A stretch of DNA of 63,885 bases, the filler included. It is 6 parts of 6 records of this genome, joined end to end, with 100 filler letters (N's around TTAATTAATTAA, not from the genome) between each part and the next. Parts side by side here need not be neighbours in the genome. Positions count along the whole stretch, not along the records: positions 54,265 to 63,885 come from SRR31156797_1453; 5 more parts are not named here. One strand, 5' to 3'. A program made the translations under genes and the position numbers. The notes under the pieces were generated by a model, which did not search any database, was not told the DNA's origin, and was given only the letters and a program-made list of their open reading frames with translations. Position 1 is the first letter of the stretch. Every line of letters starts with the position of its first letter. Below are positions 61,739 through 63,885 of this stretch, piece by piece.

Positions 61739-62566
61739 ATGGCAAGCAAAAAAGAAAAACACCCGCAATCGAGAAAAAGTCACGCTGGCACTTCGCGAAA
61801 ACTATCGAGCATCCAGAATCGTCACCAAAAGATAAGGGAAATCGTTCAAGCGCAACGATTTGTAACCATCGAAACCCTTGCACAAACGTGCTCCGTAACC
61901 CCCCAGACGATCCGCAGGGACATTGCAGTCTTAAGCCGAAAAGGCTGGCTGACACGTTACCATGGCGGCGTCGCCACACCGACATCCACGGAAAATGTGG
62001 CGTATACCCAAAGAAAGATTCTCTGTTTTCGCGAAAAGCAGAAGATCGCCCGGCTGCTGGCCGGTCACATTCCAAACAATGCGTCCCTGTTTATCAATAT
62101 CGGTACGACAACGGAAGCCATCGCACACTCGCTTTGCAACCACAGGCGTTTGCGAATTATTACCAACAACCTGAATGTGGCGTCCATAATGAGCGCTAAC
62201 GAAAATTTCGAGGTGATTGTCGCAGGAGGGCTGGTGAGGCATCGAGACCAGGGAATCATCGGCGAGGCAACCATAGATTTTATCAGTCAGTTCAAGGTGG
62301 ACTTCGGCATTATCGGTATCAGCGGGATTGACACGGACGGGACACTGCTGGATTTTGACTATCGGGAGGTTCGCGCCGCAAGGGCCATTATTGACAATTC
62401 ACGCAAAGTTCTTCTTGCCGCCGACCATACGAAATACGGTCGTAATGCCATGGTCAGACTGGGAAACATCAGCGAAATCGATTGCCTGTTTACGGATCGA
62501 CACCCACCCAACGGACTGGCCGAAATCATTAGCGCATCGGAAGTCGAGCTTCACGTTGCCCAATAA
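61739..62566 (+). CDS. glpR: DeoR-family glycerol repressor
   Basis: VTPQTIRRDI, SLFINIGTTTE, ITNNL, GTLLDFDYREV; divergent from glpAB. Confidence 0.9.
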   Translation: MASKKEKHPQSRKSHAGTSRKLSSIQNRHQKIREIVQAQRFVTIETLAQTCSVTPQTIRRDIAVLSRKGWLTRYHGGVATPTSTENVAYTQRKILCFREKQKIARLLAGHIPNNASLFINIGTTTEAIAHSLCNHRRLRIITNNLNVASIMSANENFEVIVAGGLVRHRDQGIIGEATIDFISQFKVDFGIIGISGIDTDGTLLDFDYREVRAARAIIDNSRKVLLAADHTKYGRNAMVRLGNISEIDCLFTDRHPPNGLAEIISASEVELHVAQ

Positions 62567-62595
62567 CCTTGTCCCGGAATCATTCCACCAAGAGG

Positions 62596-62661
62596 TGTTC
62601 TTTTTCGAAAAAACCTTTCAATAATTGATTTCAACCAACATGGAATTTTCACTTGAGAAAA
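62596..62661. promoter_or_regulatory. Two putative GlpR operators before the ABC operon
   Basis: TGTTCTTTTTCGAAAA (62596-62611) and TTTTCACTTGAGAAAA (62646-62661). Confidence 0.6.
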
Positions 62662-62736
62662 TAAAAAGGTCGTGTTATTTTTTTACAATCGTCATTTGGT
62701 CTTCTATCTCCTATTTCACATAGCGGAGTCCATTCG

Positions 62737-63834
62737 ATGGCTTTAACACTCCAAAACATCCGCAAAGTTGTCGAAGGCGAGACGCATCTTCGACAAATCG
62801 ATCTCGAATTCGAAACGGGGTCACGAAACGTTCTGCTGGGACGAACGTTGGCAGGAAAAACAACCCTTCTCCGCATCATGGCGGGGCTCGACAGGCCCAC
62901 CAGCGGCAAAGTCTTCGTTGACGGCCGTGACGTCACCGGCGTCTCCGTAAGAAAACGCAGCGTTGCCATGGTCTACCAGCAATTCATCAACTATCCCTCC
63001 TTGACCGTTTACAACAACATCGCTTCGCCATTGAAAATCGCAGGGATAGCGAAAAAGGAGATCGATCGACGCGTTCGTGAGACAGCGGAAATACTCCATC
63101 TTGAAGAGATGCTGGATCGCATGCCCGCGGAACTGTCCGGGGGCCAACAGCAACGGACCGCCATTGCAAGAGCGCTGGTCAAAGAATCCCAGCTCCTTTT
63201 GCTGGACGAGCCTCTTGTCAACCTGGATTACAAGCTTCGCGAAGAGCTGCGGGTGGAACTCCAGGAAATCTTCCAAAGGCGCTCGGCCATCGTTGTCTAC
63301 ACCACCACGGAACCCTCCGAGGCGCTGATGCTGGGCGGGAATGTGGTTCTCCTCGACGAAGGAAAAACCCTGCAAACCGGCCCGACACCAGCCGTTTATC
63401 AGCAACCGCAAACCCTGCGGGCTGCCGAAGTGTTCAGTGACCCGCCGATCAATGCCATCGACAGCAGTGTTGCCTCCGGTGGGGCTGTCATGGGCAACGA
63501 TATTGCCGTTCCCATGACGGAACACCTCACCCGTCTTGAGCACGGATCGTACCGCTTTGCGTTCCGTTCCAATCACCTGCGGCTGTCACAGGAGCAAGAG
63601 AGTGATATTCCTATCACCGGTACGGTGGAGCTGTCGGAAATAAACGGATCGGAAACCTTTGTTTACCTTGACCACGGAAACAGTTCATTCGTTGTACAGC
63701 AGCAGGGAATCCATACCTTCACAATGGGAAGCGATATCACCGTTTTCATCAACCCCAAACACCTTTTTGTATACGATATGGATGGACTGCTGGTGGCGTC
63801 ACCGCTGACCTCCCATGCGGCAGTCTATCCATAA
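62737..63834 (+). CDS. Glycerol ABC transporter ATP-binding protein (GlpS-like)
   Basis: Variant Walker A GRTLAGKT, VYQQFINYP, LSGGQQQR, DEPLVNLDYKLRE, TTEP.EA; glp context. Confidence 0.85.
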   Translation: MALTLQNIRKVVEGETHLRQIDLEFETGSRNVLLGRTLAGKTTLLRIMAGLDRPTSGKVFVDGRDVTGVSVRKRSVAMVYQQFINYPSLTVYNNIASPLKIAGIAKKEIDRRVRETAEILHLEEMLDRMPAELSGGQQQRTAIARALVKESQLLLLDEPLVNLDYKLREELRVELQEIFQRRSAIVVYTTTEPSEALMLGGNVVLLDEGKTLQTGPTPAVYQQPQTLRAAEVFSDPPINAIDSSVASGGAVMGNDIAVPMTEHLTRLEHGSYRFAFRSNHLRLSQEQESDIPITGTVELSEINGSETFVYLDHGNSSFVVQQQGIHTFTMGSDITVFINPKHLFVYDMDGLLVASPLTSHAAVYP

Positions 63835-63847
63835 TCCGGAGAATTTC

Positions 63848-63885
63848 ATGGCGCGCATAGAATTTGATCAAATCGCCCACTCCTA
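63848..63885 (+). CDS. Second ABC ATP-binding subunit, 5' fragment
   Basis: RBS GGAGA, then MARIEFDQIAHS at the window end. Confidence 0.6.
   Translation, partial: MARIEFDQIAHS

Overview
The window is not one genome. It is six unrelated contigs joined by artificial 100-bp spacers (44 N + TTAATTAATTAA + 44 N), so neighbourhood inferences hold only within a contig; taxonomic labels are inferences from composition and protein style. (1) 1-8193, GC-rich, spirochaete-like: LolCDE-type ABC genes, ClpC and a TPR protein. (2) 8294-19347, very AT-rich: an anti-phage defence island. It holds a Lamassu-type Cap4-nuclease/LmuC/SMC operon, two PD-(D/E)XK nucleases, a DUF3841-like gene, a transglutaminase-like gene, and an unrecognised two-gene operon whose second protein fuses a wHTH-like domain to a class III nucleotide-cyclase domain. 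(3) 19448-39694, Bacteroidota: pxpABC, fabD, purF, aspS, tadA, a DEAD-box helicase, a GH63-like glucosidase and the end of eno. Two non-coding structures stand out here: a phased 41-bp dyad array, and three tandem homologous sRNA-like units behind a STAS gene whose own leader is complementary to their shared seed. (4) 39795-47821: a selenocysteine (UxxC) peroxiredoxin-like gene with a SECIS hairpin, SpoIID, GNAT, MFS and a Gly-rich/TSP3 secreted protein. (5) 47922-54164, spirochaete-like: TetR, a CcdA-like protein, a PaaI-thioesterase/iodotyrosine-deiodinase fusion, a histidine kinase and the end of an [FeFe]-hydrogenase. (6) 54265-63885, Desulfobacterales-like: pyrE, queD, dnaJ, ubiE/menG, a TolC remnant, glpBA, glpR with visible operators, and a glycerol ABC transporter. 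The best candidates for undescribed systems are the cyclase-fusion operon (8696-10646) and the sRNA triplet (29977-30309). No CRISPR array, tRNA or rRNA was seen.
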